Assembly (NCBI GenBank): GCA_963819455.1 | Contig: CAWFWF010000004.1 | Span: forward strand, 273,839 to 337,838 | From: an uncultured Acidobacteriota bacterium | GTDB taxonomy: Bacteria; Acidobacteriota; Terriglobia; Terriglobales; Acidobacteriaceae | Reading direction: 5' to 3' | DNA length: 64,000 nt | Made by a program: the position numbers and the translations under genes | Notes under the pieces: model-generated | Told to the model about the DNA's origin: nothing | Databases searched by the model: none | Seen by the model: the letters and a program-made list of their open reading frames with translations, nothing else | Part shown: in pieces, positions 1 through 8,262 of the stretch | How the letters are laid out: the number at the start of each line of letters is the position of its first letter | Position numbering within the stretch: the first letter of the stretch is position 1

Positions 1-442
1 GGCTAGCGATCAGAGCGATCAACAATCCGAACAGTCCGTTGTACAGGCCGAGATAACAGCAGAAAAGAAAGAGTGCCAGCCCGGCCATCGGCGCGCTCAG
101 GCCACCGAAGTGGCGCATGGTATCGAAGATCCAATAGCAAGTTCCGGCGAAGAAAATGATTCCAGAGAGATAGCCCAGCAGAAATCCTTGGAACGGCGAG
201 GCGGGCTGCAATCTCGATGATCCCGGGACCTCAAGTTCACCGATTGGGCGAGCGCGCAGCAGTGCGAGAAGCAATGGCGTCAACGCGAACCATGAGAGAA
301 CGTATGTGCCTGGAAGCGGAAAAATGACGATCTGCAACACCGCTGAGGATAAAGCCAACAGCCAGGCGCTGTAATGAATTTGCCGCACGCTCAAGGATAG
401 CAAAGGGGTGGTCTGCGACTGTCTCAGACCGGCGATATCCAC
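1..442 (-). CDS. lnt: apolipoprotein N-acyltransferase, N-terminal part (gene continues past window start)
   Basis: The minus-strand frame is open to position 1. Translation VDIAGLRQ..LSSAVLQIVIFPLPGTYVLSWFALTPLLLALL..GFLLGYLSGIIFFAGTCYWIF resembles the polytopic Lnt N-terminus. A GTG at 440-442 follows an in-frame TAG. Confidence 0.55.
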   Translation of the reverse strand, partial: MDIAGLRQSQTTPLLSLSVRQIHYSAWLLALSSAVLQIVIFPLPGTYVLSWFALTPLLLALLRARPIGELEVPGSSRLQPASPFQGFLLGYLSGIIFFAGTCYWIFDTMRHFGGLSAPMAGLALFLFCCYLGLYNGLFGLLIALIAS

Positions 443-448
443 TTCGTG

Positions 449-706
449 CTACCGGGGCGATTCAAGCTGCAGATACTCTGGTTCAACCCAAATCGATTCA
501 AGATAAGAGGCTTTTTCGATAATGTGACCCACATCAAGCTGAACAAGCTGATATGGCAGCCCCTCCACGGCCTTCAATCCTGCGATAGTAAAAGTCTGCC
601 CCACACACTTCTCAAACAATCTGCGAGTCTGCAACTTCTCGTCATCGTGAACGTCAGGCGGGATTCCAGTAAGCCTAACTTTATCTCCGACCCTCACGCC
701 TCTCAC
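449..706 (-). CDS. hypothetical 85-aa protein, immediately upstream of lnt
   Basis: ORF with coding-like composition. Its stop lies 6 nt before the lnt start and it runs in the same direction as the lpxD/P-loop genes. I recognise no family. Confidence 0.45.
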   Translation of the reverse strand: MRGVRVGDKVRLTGIPPDVHDDEKLQTRRLFEKCVGQTFTIAGLKAVEGLPYQLVQLDVGHIIEKASYLESIWVEPEYLQLESPR

Positions 707-752
707 TCCTTCAGTTCGCTGTTTTAACAGTAGACACTCTCAGTCAACAGCC

Positions 753-1370
753 CTACGTTTGAGCCTGTCTCGCGGTAAGGCTGGTACGGACGTAATCTAC
801 GATTTCCGCGGTGACATACTCCGGTGGCTTGATCGAAAACATGGGACGGTTGGCGACAGGTTTCAGCGACACCGATTGCCACGCGGCTCCCCCGGGAGCC
901 TCGTGCAGAATGACCGCGTCGGCGCGGTCCAGAAATTCGCGCGCCGAATCCTTAAAATCTGCCCTTGCCGGATCGAGCACAGTCAGATACAAATTCGGCC
1001 GTAGAAACTTCATTACGCTGTTCGATTCGACAATGACATTGCGGGCCTGCTGAATATGGCGGCGCAGAGTCGGCATCGCTTCGGCAAGGTGACCTTGCTC
1101 GGTCCGCGCCCAAAAAACTCGCGTCGCTCCCGCGAGCAGGAACCGGGAAGTGTCCGATTCGCCGGAACGGTCGCGCTCTTCCGTGACGGCCCACGAGTGA
1201 TCGCCAGTGGCACAATCGCAGGCCTCGCCATTAGCCGAGCAGATGCCATGACCGTACTGCGTGATCTTGACCGCGGTCCACTCAAATTGCGGCAATGCAG
1301 CGATGATTCCGGCGACGACACTGGTCTTGCCGACGCTGCGCGAATGTCCGCCGATAACGACGACAGCCAC
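753..1370 (-). CDS. P-loop NTPase (MobB-like fold), function unknown
   Basis: N-terminal Walker A motif GGHSRSVGKTS. There is a 3-nt gap to the lpxD stop. Confidence 0.6.
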   Translation of the reverse strand: MAVVVIGGHSRSVGKTSVVAGIIAALPQFEWTAVKITQYGHGICSANGEACDCATGDHSWAVTEERDRSGESDTSRFLLAGATRVFWARTEQGHLAEAMPTLRRHIQQARNVIVESNSVMKFLRPNLYLTVLDPARADFKDSAREFLDRADAVILHEAPGGAAWQSVSLKPVANRPMFSIKPPEYVTAEIVDYVRTSLTARQAQT

Positions 1371-1373
1371 AGG

Positions 1374-2387
1374 TCAGTCCTTTTTCGCGAGGCGGGCCAG
1401 CGTCGCCAGCTGTTTCAGATATTCGCGCAAGGGCTGCGCGGGAGTTCCCCAGAATGCCGTTCCTTTGCCGCGGAGGACTTTATTGGGCAGAACGCCGCCC
1501 TGCCCGCCGAGCATCACGCCCTCTTCAATGCGAGCATGCTCTCCGATGCCAACCTGTCCGCCGAGTATGACGCCATTTTCAATCACGATGCTTCCTGATA
1601 ATCCTGTCTGCGCGGCGATGACGACATCTTCGCCGATCTGGCAGTTGTGTCCGATGTGAACCAGGTTATCGATTTTCGTTCCGCGGCGAATGCGCGTCTC
1701 ATCGAGCGCGCCGCGGTCGATTGTGGCGTTGGCGCCGATCTCGACGTCGTCTTCAATCACCAGCCGCCCCACCTGGGGAAATTTCTCGTAATGTCCGCGC
1801 TTGCGGTCGCGAACGTAACCGAAGCCGTCACTGCCGAGCACCGCGCCCGCGTGAATGATAGTTCGATCGCCGATGCTCGTAGCCGGGTAAATCGTGACGT
1901 TCGGATAAATCTGGCAGGCCTTGCCGATGACAACTTGTTCGCCAATCACACTCCCTGCACCGATGCGCGAGGCTGCGCCAATCCTAGCTTTTGCGCCAAT
2001 TACTGCTCGTTCCTCGACGAAAACTCCCGCGCCGATCTCCGCCGTCGGATCGACAACCGCACTGCCATGCACAGAAGTCTTCGCATCGCCGTCTCCCATG
2101 CTGCGTCGCAGGAATGCCGCAGCGCGTGCAAATGACAATTTGGGATGATCGCTGATTAGTAGTGAGCGGTCAGTAGAAATAGAGGCAGCGAACTCGCCGG
2201 CAACGACCGCACCGGCTCTCGATTGCAGAGCCGCGGCCATATGTTTTTCATCTTCGACGAATACCAGATCCTCGGGCGTCGCCGACTCGAAGCTGGCAAC
2301 ACCGCTGATCTGCACGCTGCCATCACCTGCGACGCGCGCGCCGACGGCGCCGGCAATCTCTTCAAGCGATCGCTTCATGGCCTTCAC
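1374..2387 (-). CDS. lpxD: UDP-3-O-acylglucosamine N-acyltransferase
   Basis: 337 aa. The N-terminal LpxD-type domain (..ISGVASFESATPEDLVFVEDEK..) is followed by a long run of left-handed beta-helix hexapeptide repeats (IG..V.IG). Confidence 0.9.
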   Translation of the reverse strand: MKAMKRSLEEIAGAVGARVAGDGSVQISGVASFESATPEDLVFVEDEKHMAAALQSRAGAVVAGEFAASISTDRSLLISDHPKLSFARAAAFLRRSMGDGDAKTSVHGSAVVDPTAEIGAGVFVEERAVIGAKARIGAASRIGAGSVIGEQVVIGKACQIYPNVTIYPATSIGDRTIIHAGAVLGSDGFGYVRDRKRGHYEKFPQVGRLVIEDDVEIGANATIDRGALDETRIRRGTKIDNLVHIGHNCQIGEDVVIAAQTGLSGSIVIENGVILGGQVGIGEHARIEEGVMLGGQGGVLPNKVLRGKGTAFWGTPAQPLREYLKQLATLARLAKKD

Positions 2388-2432
2388 TGTATAGCAGTGG
2401 GACGAGAGGAAGGAAGTGCGGACAGATGAGAG

Positions 2433-2969
2433 CTAGGAACCCGTGGTCGTGCAGGCACTCGCGTTCTCACACATCACGAAGCTGCCGCTGCCGGTACAGC
2501 TCGGATCTCCCGCGCCGCCGCTGAGCATCCACGTTCCAACAACCACTCCATTGGTGAGGGTTCCTGTAGTCGTCGTCGTGCCGTTGGATGTTCCAGTGAG
2601 CGCGCCCGTAAGGGTTAACACATTCCCGGCAGGGTTCAAACCGGTGACTGCAAGGTTCAACGTTCCAGTCACGGCTCCCGTAGAAGCGGTTGTGAAACTG
2701 GCCGATCCAGTTTCGCTCTCGCTATTCACTCCGGTAGCAAAACAAGCGCCGTCGTTTATGAAAGAAAAGCCCGTGATGTCGAGCGGGCCGCTATTGGTGA
2801 CGGAAAATGCCACCACGAAGTTCACAAGGCTCGCCTGTTCCGTGCCGCCGGTCAATTGGGCTTCCCAATTTCCACTGGTCGACGTGCTTGCCGTAGTCGT
2901 GGTGTTCTTACCTCCACAGCCACAAACCACGAGTTCCAGCGCCAGCACGAGCAGGAGAAGCTTCTTCAT
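2433..2969 (-). CDS. Thr/Gly-rich lipoprotein (paralog of 3127-3570)
   Basis: Signal peptide plus lipobox MKKLLLLVLALELVVCGC. It shares the motifs NGTW/GNW, FSF..CF, E.GS(A)F, PAGN.L.L.G and GTW.L.G..C.GSGSF.M with the neighbouring ORF. Confidence 0.7.
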   Translation of the reverse strand: MKKLLLLVLALELVVCGCGGKNTTTTASTSTSGNWEAQLTGGTEQASLVNFVVAFSVTNSGPLDITGFSFINDGACFATGVNSESETGSASFTTASTGAVTGTLNLAVTGLNPAGNVLTLTGALTGTSNGTTTTTGTLTNGVVVGTWMLSGGAGDPSCTGSGSFVMCENASACTTTGS

Positions 2970-3126
2970 GTACCGTCCTTGAAATTGGGATCCCTACGAG
3001 AATAGAGAGATGCGGGCAGACCCGTCAATGGATGTAAGGATCTGCGGAGGTTTCTGGCGGGAAGTACCGCAGCCCGGCGCAAGCATCGAAAACCTTAAGC
3101 TGCGCCGGGCACGGTCGCTTGTGCAA

Positions 3127-3570
3127 TCAGGGCCGTACCATCGTAAAGCTGCCGGAACCCGTGCAGCCGGTACTTCCTGTCAGAGTCCACGTGCCGGAGA
3201 TCGTGTTGCCATTCGCCGATCCGGAAAGAACGAGCGTGTTTCCAGCCGGCGATCCGGATTGGACATTGAATCCAAACTTCCCGGTCACATTCCCGTTGAA
3301 GTTCCCGTTCAGGGTGAAGGATCCACTTTCAGTTTCATTCGATGTGAAGCAGGGTGAGTTCGTGGTAAAGCTGAAGTTGGAGATGGTCAACGACCCGTCG
3401 CCATTCACCATCAAAGAAGTTCCAAAGGTAAAAACGGTTGTGTTGTTAGTGTCGAGCAGCGTCGCGTTCCATGTTCCATTGACGTTGGCAGGATTCGAAC
3501 TGTTGTTCGCACCGCATCCCACCAATGTCAGGCCCACAATCAGCAACACCACGGTTGCAAGATGCTTCAT
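3127..3570 (-). CDS. Asn/Thr/Gly-rich lipoprotein (paralog of 2433-2969)
   Basis: Lipobox MKHLATVVLLIVGLTLVGCG. The conserved motif order matches the upstream paralog. Confidence 0.7.
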   Translation of the reverse strand: MKHLATVVLLIVGLTLVGCGANNSSNPANVNGTWNATLLDTNNTTVFTFGTSLMVNGDGSLTISNFSFTTNSPCFTSNETESGSFTLNGNFNGNVTGKFGFNVQSGSPAGNTLVLSGSANGNTISGTWTLTGSTGCTGSGSFTMVRP

Positions 3571-3759
3571 CAGTTATTCCCTCGATTTGAAAGTCCAAAG
3601 CGCGCGCTTCAGATGCCCCATGCACGGTCCGGTGGCTTCGGTTCCGCTTGGAATTGCCTGATTGTGTAAACCCAACCCCGACGGATTTGTTCCGTGTTAG
3701 CTATGTGTTTGCATTCGGAGCCTTTCCGGTTGCCGAGGGAATGCGCGGTGATGGTGGGG

Positions 3760-4017
3760 TCACCGCGAGGTGCGTCGCGACTGTTTCGCCAATCCGAAGA
3801 GCATGAGAGCGATGGACATACCGAGGAAAAATCCAGTCGCGAAGTGCCAGACATTTCCTTGAGCAAACAGCCGCAAGCCGAGACCTGCCGCAAGGGCTAA
3901 CGAACCGGCGGCGATAAACAGATTACTCTTACGCCGAATCACACTGCCTCCTTTGTATCGACGGAAAATGTATAGATGGAAAGAGGGAGCTTGACGCGGG
4001 CGAGGTGCCCGCGCCAT
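3760..4017 (-). CDS. small 2-TM membrane protein downstream of pspA (start uncertain)
   Basis: Two hydrophobic segments (LFIAAGSLALAAGLGL, FATGFFLGMSIALMLFGL). Its start lies 5 nt downstream of the pspA stop on the same strand. Confidence 0.35.
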   Translation of the reverse strand: MARAPRPRQAPSFHLYIFRRYKGGSVIRRKSNLFIAAGSLALAAGLGLRLFAQGNVWHFATGFFLGMSIALMLFGLAKQSRRTSR

Positions 4018-4022
4018 TTGAA

Positions 4023-4682
4023 TTACGCTCCGCGTTTTGTTTTTAGCTCGGCAAGCAATTGCTCAATGCGATCTTCCTTCTCGAGTGCGGCGAGTCGGTC
4101 GTCGATGTTGTCTCCTGCGACTTCCGACTTCGCCTGGCTCAGCGCCTCCGAGTGCGCTACTTTTCGCTTCATGCGATCGAACGCCGCAGCCTTGGACCCG
4201 TCGCCCGACGCCAATCGCGCATCGCTTGCCTTGCCCACGGCTCGGGCTCGGCGCTGCTGCGCGATCAGCACGTCCGCCTTCGCCTGCGCTTCCGTCAGCT
4301 TTTGCTCGAGCTCGCGCAACGCGGACTTCAGGTTTTCGACTTGCGCTTTCTGATCTGCGACCTGCTGCGTGAAGTTCTCGCTCAGCTCGCGATAGCTTTC
4401 CACGCGCTGCAGCGAGGCACGCGCCAGATCGTCTTCTTTCTTGTCGACGGCAAGTTCCGCTTTGCGCATCCATTCGGCAACTTTGTCGGCATTTTCCTTC
4501 TGCCTTTTCTCGAGCAGGTGCTGATCTGCGATCGCGATCGCAACCTGCGTTTTGACTTGCAGAAGCTGGTTCTGCATGTCGAGGATGACTTGCTTGATCA
4601 TCTTTTCCGGCTCTTCGGCCTTGTCGATCAGGTCGTTCAGATTGGCCCGGACCAGTGTGGAAACGCGCTCCAGTAATGCCAT
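4023..4682 (-). CDS. pspA: PspA/IM30 family protein
   Basis: 219 aa, all coiled-coil. The N-terminus MALLERVSTLVRANLNDLIDKAEEPEKMIKQVILDMQNQL is the typical PspA/IM30 signature. Confidence 0.9.
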   Translation of the reverse strand: MALLERVSTLVRANLNDLIDKAEEPEKMIKQVILDMQNQLLQVKTQVAIAIADQHLLEKRQKENADKVAEWMRKAELAVDKKEDDLARASLQRVESYRELSENFTQQVADQKAQVENLKSALRELEQKLTEAQAKADVLIAQQRRARAVGKASDARLASGDGSKAAAFDRMKRKVAHSEALSQAKSEVAGDNIDDRLAALEKEDRIEQLLAELKTKRGA

Positions 4683-4702
4683 AGTCGACTCCCTTCTTGA
4701 AT

Positions 4703-4924
4703 TCAGCTTCTAATTTCTTTACCGCGGACGTCGTGAGCGCGATGGATCTGTTCGCACTCCGGACATCCCGACTTGCGCCAGGATGCCGCGCCCAGCGACA
4801 TGCCAACCGCCACTCCGATGGCAAGCCAAACCGCCACGTGTCCAGCCATCACGCCGAGGGCGGTGCCCAGCCCTGCTCCCAACGCCAGGCCCCATCCTGT
4901 GTACTTCGATTGGTTCGCCATCAC
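4703..4924 (-). CDS. small glycine-zipper membrane protein with C-terminal CPEC motif
   Basis: 73 aa with GWGLALGAGLGTALGVMAG and LAIGVAVGMSLGAA segments. It ends 20 nt upstream of pspA. Confidence 0.5.
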   Translation of the reverse strand: MMANQSKYTGWGLALGAGLGTALGVMAGHVAVWLAIGVAVGMSLGAASWRKSGCPECEQIHRAHDVRGKEIRS

Positions 4925-4993
4925 TAGCTCCTGAGATTTCCGCGCTCCGGCTCTCGGCTCCCGAAAGGCGGGTGCCGAAAGCCGGACGCCGCT

Positions 4994-6430
4994 TTATGCA
5001 TTCGGTGATTCGGGCTTTGCAGCCTTATCGCCGAGCTGCCGCACCTTCCCGAGCAATTCGCCCAGAGGCATGCCGGACAGCGTCTCGAACAATGCCGGCA
5101 CCTGCGCCGCCATTTTCGTGATGTCGCCGGTGATCTTGTTCATCCCCGACGTTTCGCCATTGCCGGTGGATACGATCGTGATCTTGTCCACATTCGCCAG
5201 CGGGCTGGCCAATGCCTTCACGATTTCCGGCATACTTGCGAACAGGCGGTCGATGACTGCCGCCTGGTTGTATTCCTGGAAAGCCTCCGCTTTCACATTC
5301 ATCGCTTTGGCTTCGGCCTCGCCCTTCTTGAAAATGATCTCGGCTTCTGCCTCGCCTTGTGCGCGAATCGACGATGCCTGACCTTCCGCCTCCGCAATCA
5401 GCCGCTGTTTTTCGGCTGCCGCAAGAGTTTCAATCCGCTGACGCTCGATTTCCGCGCCCTTCAGCACGGTCGCAATCAATTCTTTCTCGCGGCGATTGAT
5501 TTCCGCTTCCTGCACTTTGACCTGTTGCTCCTTCTCGATCTGCTGCACCTTCACCTGCTCGGCGATCACCTGTTGCTGCATGATGTTGGTCTGTATGTCG
5601 TAGGCCTTGTCGGCTTGCGCCTGCTGCCGCTTCGTGACCTCGAGGAACTGCGCTCTCTTCACCTCGAGATCGCGCTGCGACTCGGCCTGCTTCGCCAGGG
5701 ACAACGTCTCCGCCAGCACGCGCTCCTGATCCGCCTGCGCTTTCGCCACCGCGGACTCCCGCTGTGCTACCGCGCGCTTGATGGCCGTGTCGCGATCGGC
5801 TTCTGCCGTAGCGACGTCCGCATCGCGCTTGATACGCGCCACATCGGGACGTCCCATGTTGGTGATGTATTCGTTCTTGTCGCGCACTTCCTTAATCGTG
5901 AACGAGATGACTTCGAGCCCCATCTTGTTCATGTCATCCGCGCAAGTCGAGCGCATGCGGTCCGACACCATTTCCGGCTGCTTTACGATTTCTTCCACCG
6001 TGAGCTGTCCGATAATGCCGCGCAAATGCCCTTCCATCACCAGCCGGATCAGGCCTTCACGCTCCTGGGGCGTCTTGGTAAGGAATTGTTCGGCAGCGGT
6101 GCGAATCGACTCATCGTCGGATTTCACCTTGATCTGCGCGACCGCTTCAACGGTCACAGCGACGCCTTGCTTGGTGTACAGATCCTGCTGCGGGGCCACA
6201 TCGAACGACATCAGTTCGAGCGAGAGACCGCGGCAGACCTGGAACATCGGCATCACCATCGTGCCGTGTCCTTTGACTACTCGCGTTCCACCCACGCCAT
6301 AGACGATGAGCGCCTCATGCGGGCCTGCTTTGCGATAGATGCTTGCCACTCCCTTGATAAGGAAAAGCAGGACCATAACGCCCAAAGCAACGAAAATCCA
6401 GATTTCAACCATGCGGGACATCTCCGGCAT
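4994..6430 (-). CDS. flotillin (SPFH/Band 7 domain protein)
   Basis: N-terminal TM helix, an SPFH core (..HEALIVYGVGG..VVKGHGTMVMP..) and a long A/E/Q-rich flotillin coiled-coil. The likely start is MPEMSRMVEIW at 6430; the ORF itself is open to 6514. Confidence 0.9.
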   Translation of the reverse strand: MPEMSRMVEIWIFVALGVMVLLFLIKGVASIYRKAGPHEALIVYGVGGTRVVKGHGTMVMPMFQVCRGLSLELMSFDVAPQQDLYTKQGVAVTVEAVAQIKVKSDDESIRTAAEQFLTKTPQEREGLIRLVMEGHLRGIIGQLTVEEIVKQPEMVSDRMRSTCADDMNKMGLEVISFTIKEVRDKNEYITNMGRPDVARIKRDADVATAEADRDTAIKRAVAQRESAVAKAQADQERVLAETLSLAKQAESQRDLEVKRAQFLEVTKRQQAQADKAYDIQTNIMQQQVIAEQVKVQQIEKEQQVKVQEAEINRREKELIATVLKGAEIERQRIETLAAAEKQRLIAEAEGQASSIRAQGEAEAEIIFKKGEAEAKAMNVKAEAFQEYNQAAVIDRLFASMPEIVKALASPLANVDKITIVSTGNGETSGMNKITGDITKMAAQVPALFETLSGMPLGELLGKVRQLGDKAAKPESPNA

Positions 6431-6474
6431 AACGCCTCCTCTTGTAAAACCAGTTCTCAGTTTTCGACTCTCAG

Positions 6475-6915
6475 TTAGAGATTCGCGCTCGCAGATAATT
6501 CGTGGGACCTGCAAGCAAGAGCCGACAATTGAAAACTCCTCTCCGGTAGGAGCGGAACCACTAATCCTGGATTCGCTGGTTGCGCGCTCAGGTTAAATTT
6601 CACGATCGAGTAGTTGCCATAAAACACAAATCCCAGAACCACGTAGAAAACCGCCAGCATCGGCCAGGCTGCGACTGGCTTCACCGCGCCAGCGATTAGC
6701 CCCGCAACGGTGAACAGCACCAGCAAGACAACCATGATTCCGAGCCCCAGTTGCAACGCCCCCTCCCGCGATGTGTAGCCGTTGGGCTGCCAGTGGGCGT
6801 CGAAATGAACGGCCATCCGAACCGGCAGCCGGTTCCACGCCCGCGAGTAATTCAACGCGGAGACAGGAAGCGCCAGCCACATTGCCAACAAGAACCATTT
6901 GTATTTCGCAATCAT
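6475..6915 (-). CDS. DUF1648-like (SdpI-type) membrane protein
   Basis: MIAKYKWFLLAMWLALP..LPVRMAVHFDAHWQPNGYTSREG followed by TM helices. The HF..G.P.G motif is typical of DUF1648. Confidence 0.55.
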   Translation of the reverse strand: MIAKYKWFLLAMWLALPVSALNYSRAWNRLPVRMAVHFDAHWQPNGYTSREGALQLGLGIMVVLLVLFTVAGLIAGAVKPVAAWPMLAVFYVVLGFVFYGNYSIVKFNLSAQPANPGLVVPLLPERSFQLSALACRSHELSASANL

Positions 6916-6938
6916 GCAAGCTCCTTGCCCAGACTCTG

Positions 6939-7613
6939 CTACTCCGACTCTCCCGACATCTCGCTCCACAAACGGACGTAAGCGATTCCCTTTTCGTAAC
7001 GAGTGACTACGACCTCAGTTCCTTTGAGGATGGCGGTGCCGCTCTCGCTGCGAGCTCCGCACACGCGTCGTGTCCCCATCTGCGAATAAATCAATTCGCC
7101 AGTGCCGCCTTCGCGAATCGGAACCGCCAGTTTGCCAAGCACTCCGACCATTTCGAAGTCGGCGGGATCCAGACACTCCTCGTCGGAGATCAAGACCCGG
7201 CTGACAAACAGGAAAATAATTCCCCCGCCCACCAGGCCGCTGACGACAGCCAGCATTAATCCGGCACCGACCCACATCGCCGAAAATCGCGTCAGTAAAT
7301 ATCCGGCGCCACCAAACCACGCCAGAAAAGCGGCGATCGTCGGCGGATTGAACGGCGAAACACTTACGCCGTGGCCGTGCGCGTGGGTTCCTTGCGCATC
7401 CGCGGCACCGCTCCCGTGCGACGACGCCGCGTTCCCTGCTGCCGCGGGTCCGTGTGCCACTGGAGCATGCGCAACCGGAACGTGTACGCCACCGTGACTG
7501 TGAATGTGCGGCAGGTGCAAATGGCCGAAGCGCGATCCGCTGAACACAAATGAAAAAAAGCTGAAGCAAAAGCCGATCGCGAAACAGATCAAGTAAAAGT
7601 CTGACCACGTCAT
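6939..7613 (-). CDS. NfeD/YqiJ-like membrane protein with His-rich loop
   Basis: N-terminal TM helix, a His-rich segment (HLHLPHIHSHGGVHVPVAHAPVAH..THAHGHG), further TM helices and a C-terminal OB-like segment (GVLGKLAVPIREGGTGELIYSQMGTRRVCGARSE..GTEVVVTRYE). It sits upstream of a flotillin gene, as in known NfeD-SPFH pairs. Confidence 0.7.
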   Translation of the reverse strand: MTWSDFYLICFAIGFCFSFFSFVFSGSRFGHLHLPHIHSHGGVHVPVAHAPVAHGPAAAGNAASSHGSGAADAQGTHAHGHGVSVSPFNPPTIAAFLAWFGGAGYLLTRFSAMWVGAGLMLAVVSGLVGGGIIFLFVSRVLISDEECLDPADFEMVGVLGKLAVPIREGGTGELIYSQMGTRRVCGARSESGTAILKGTEVVVTRYEKGIAYVRLWSEMSGESE

Positions 7614-8164
7614 CGGATTCGCCTCCCTTCCGCGCTCGACGCGCGGCGATGATTCCCTTCCACTCCGGACTCAGGGCGCAACGCCTCAAGCAAGCGATCC
7701 GCCAGTCCGGGCGTATCCAAAATCGCGCCCAGCAGGATCAAACAGCGGCGCGTATCTTTTTCGCGTGCGGCCTTGATGAGCACATTGCTCACCTCCGGAT
7801 CGCTCGCGAACTTTTCCGAGCCCTGCAACAACCAGACATCGAGCTGGCCTTCCGTCGTGCGCAAGTCGGACGTAAGCTCCGCGTGGTAGCCGTCCGGATC
7901 GTCCACTAAAAATCCGGGATGCACCTTGAAAAACTTGGCCAGCAGCGCGCGCGACGATTGCGTCATGTGCGGGCGCGATCCGTTTTCTATCTGCGAAAGA
8001 TACGACTGGCTCATCGTGCTTCCCTTGGCGCCCTTCTTCCCGCCAGCGCTTCCGATTTCGTCGCGGATGGCGCGCACCAACTCCAGTTGCGTCATCGGAC
8101 GGCCCAGTCCGCGCAGCGATCCTTCGACTTCGCGCAGGTACCGGATTTTTTCGCCCAGCTTCAT
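7610..8164 (-). CDS. XRE-family helix-turn-helix transcriptional regulator
   Basis: HTH_3-like N-terminus (KIRYLRE..MTQLELVRAI..SQSYLSQIENGSRP). It overlaps the NfeD start by 4 nt. Confidence 0.8.
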   Translation of the reverse strand: MKLGEKIRYLREVEGSLRGLGRPMTQLELVRAIRDEIGSAGGKKGAKGSTMSQSYLSQIENGSRPHMTQSSRALLAKFFKVHPGFLVDDPDGYHAELTSDLRTTEGQLDVWLLQGSEKFASDPEVSNVLIKAAREKDTRRCLILLGAILDTPGLADRLLEALRPESGVEGNHRRASSAEGRRIR

Positions 8165-8196
8165 TTCCGTCTTGATCGTTATTTCAGATCGAGATA

Positions 8197-8225
8197 TTTA
8201 TATTGCAATATGCGATATATGTCAA
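8197..8225 (-). promoter_or_regulatory. candidate sigma-70 promoter with embedded 12-bp palindrome
   Basis: On the minus strand: TTGACA (8225-8220), 17 nt, TATAAA (8202-8197). The perfect palindrome ATATTGCAATAT (8200-8211) lies in the spacer and overlaps the -10 element. Confidence 0.45.
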
Positions 8226-8262
8226 GAAAGCAATTTCCTTCATTTTCAGGCACTTAAGGGTC

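Noticed and set aside
4925-4993. Possible sigma-54 promoter (CGGCAC-CCGCC-TTTCG, minus strand) upstream of the small-protein/pspA pair, by analogy with PspF-dependent pspA promoters.
   Set aside because: The -12 element lacks the invariant GC (TTTC) and the first T of TGGCAC is C. The GC-rich hairpins here could equally be a weak terminator. I left it as a point to test under the island finding.
5357-6478. 373-aa plus-strand ORF antisense to the flotillin gene. Similar long antisense ORFs occur at 17516-18676, 20265-21092, 24316-25257, 28036-29007, 48552-49712, 56602-57573 and 59050-60015.
   Set aside because: Each lies opposite a gene with a clear family signature. Their translations are Arg/His/Leu/Gly-rich low-complexity sequences with no recognisable motifs, as expected for shadow ORFs in GC-rich DNA.
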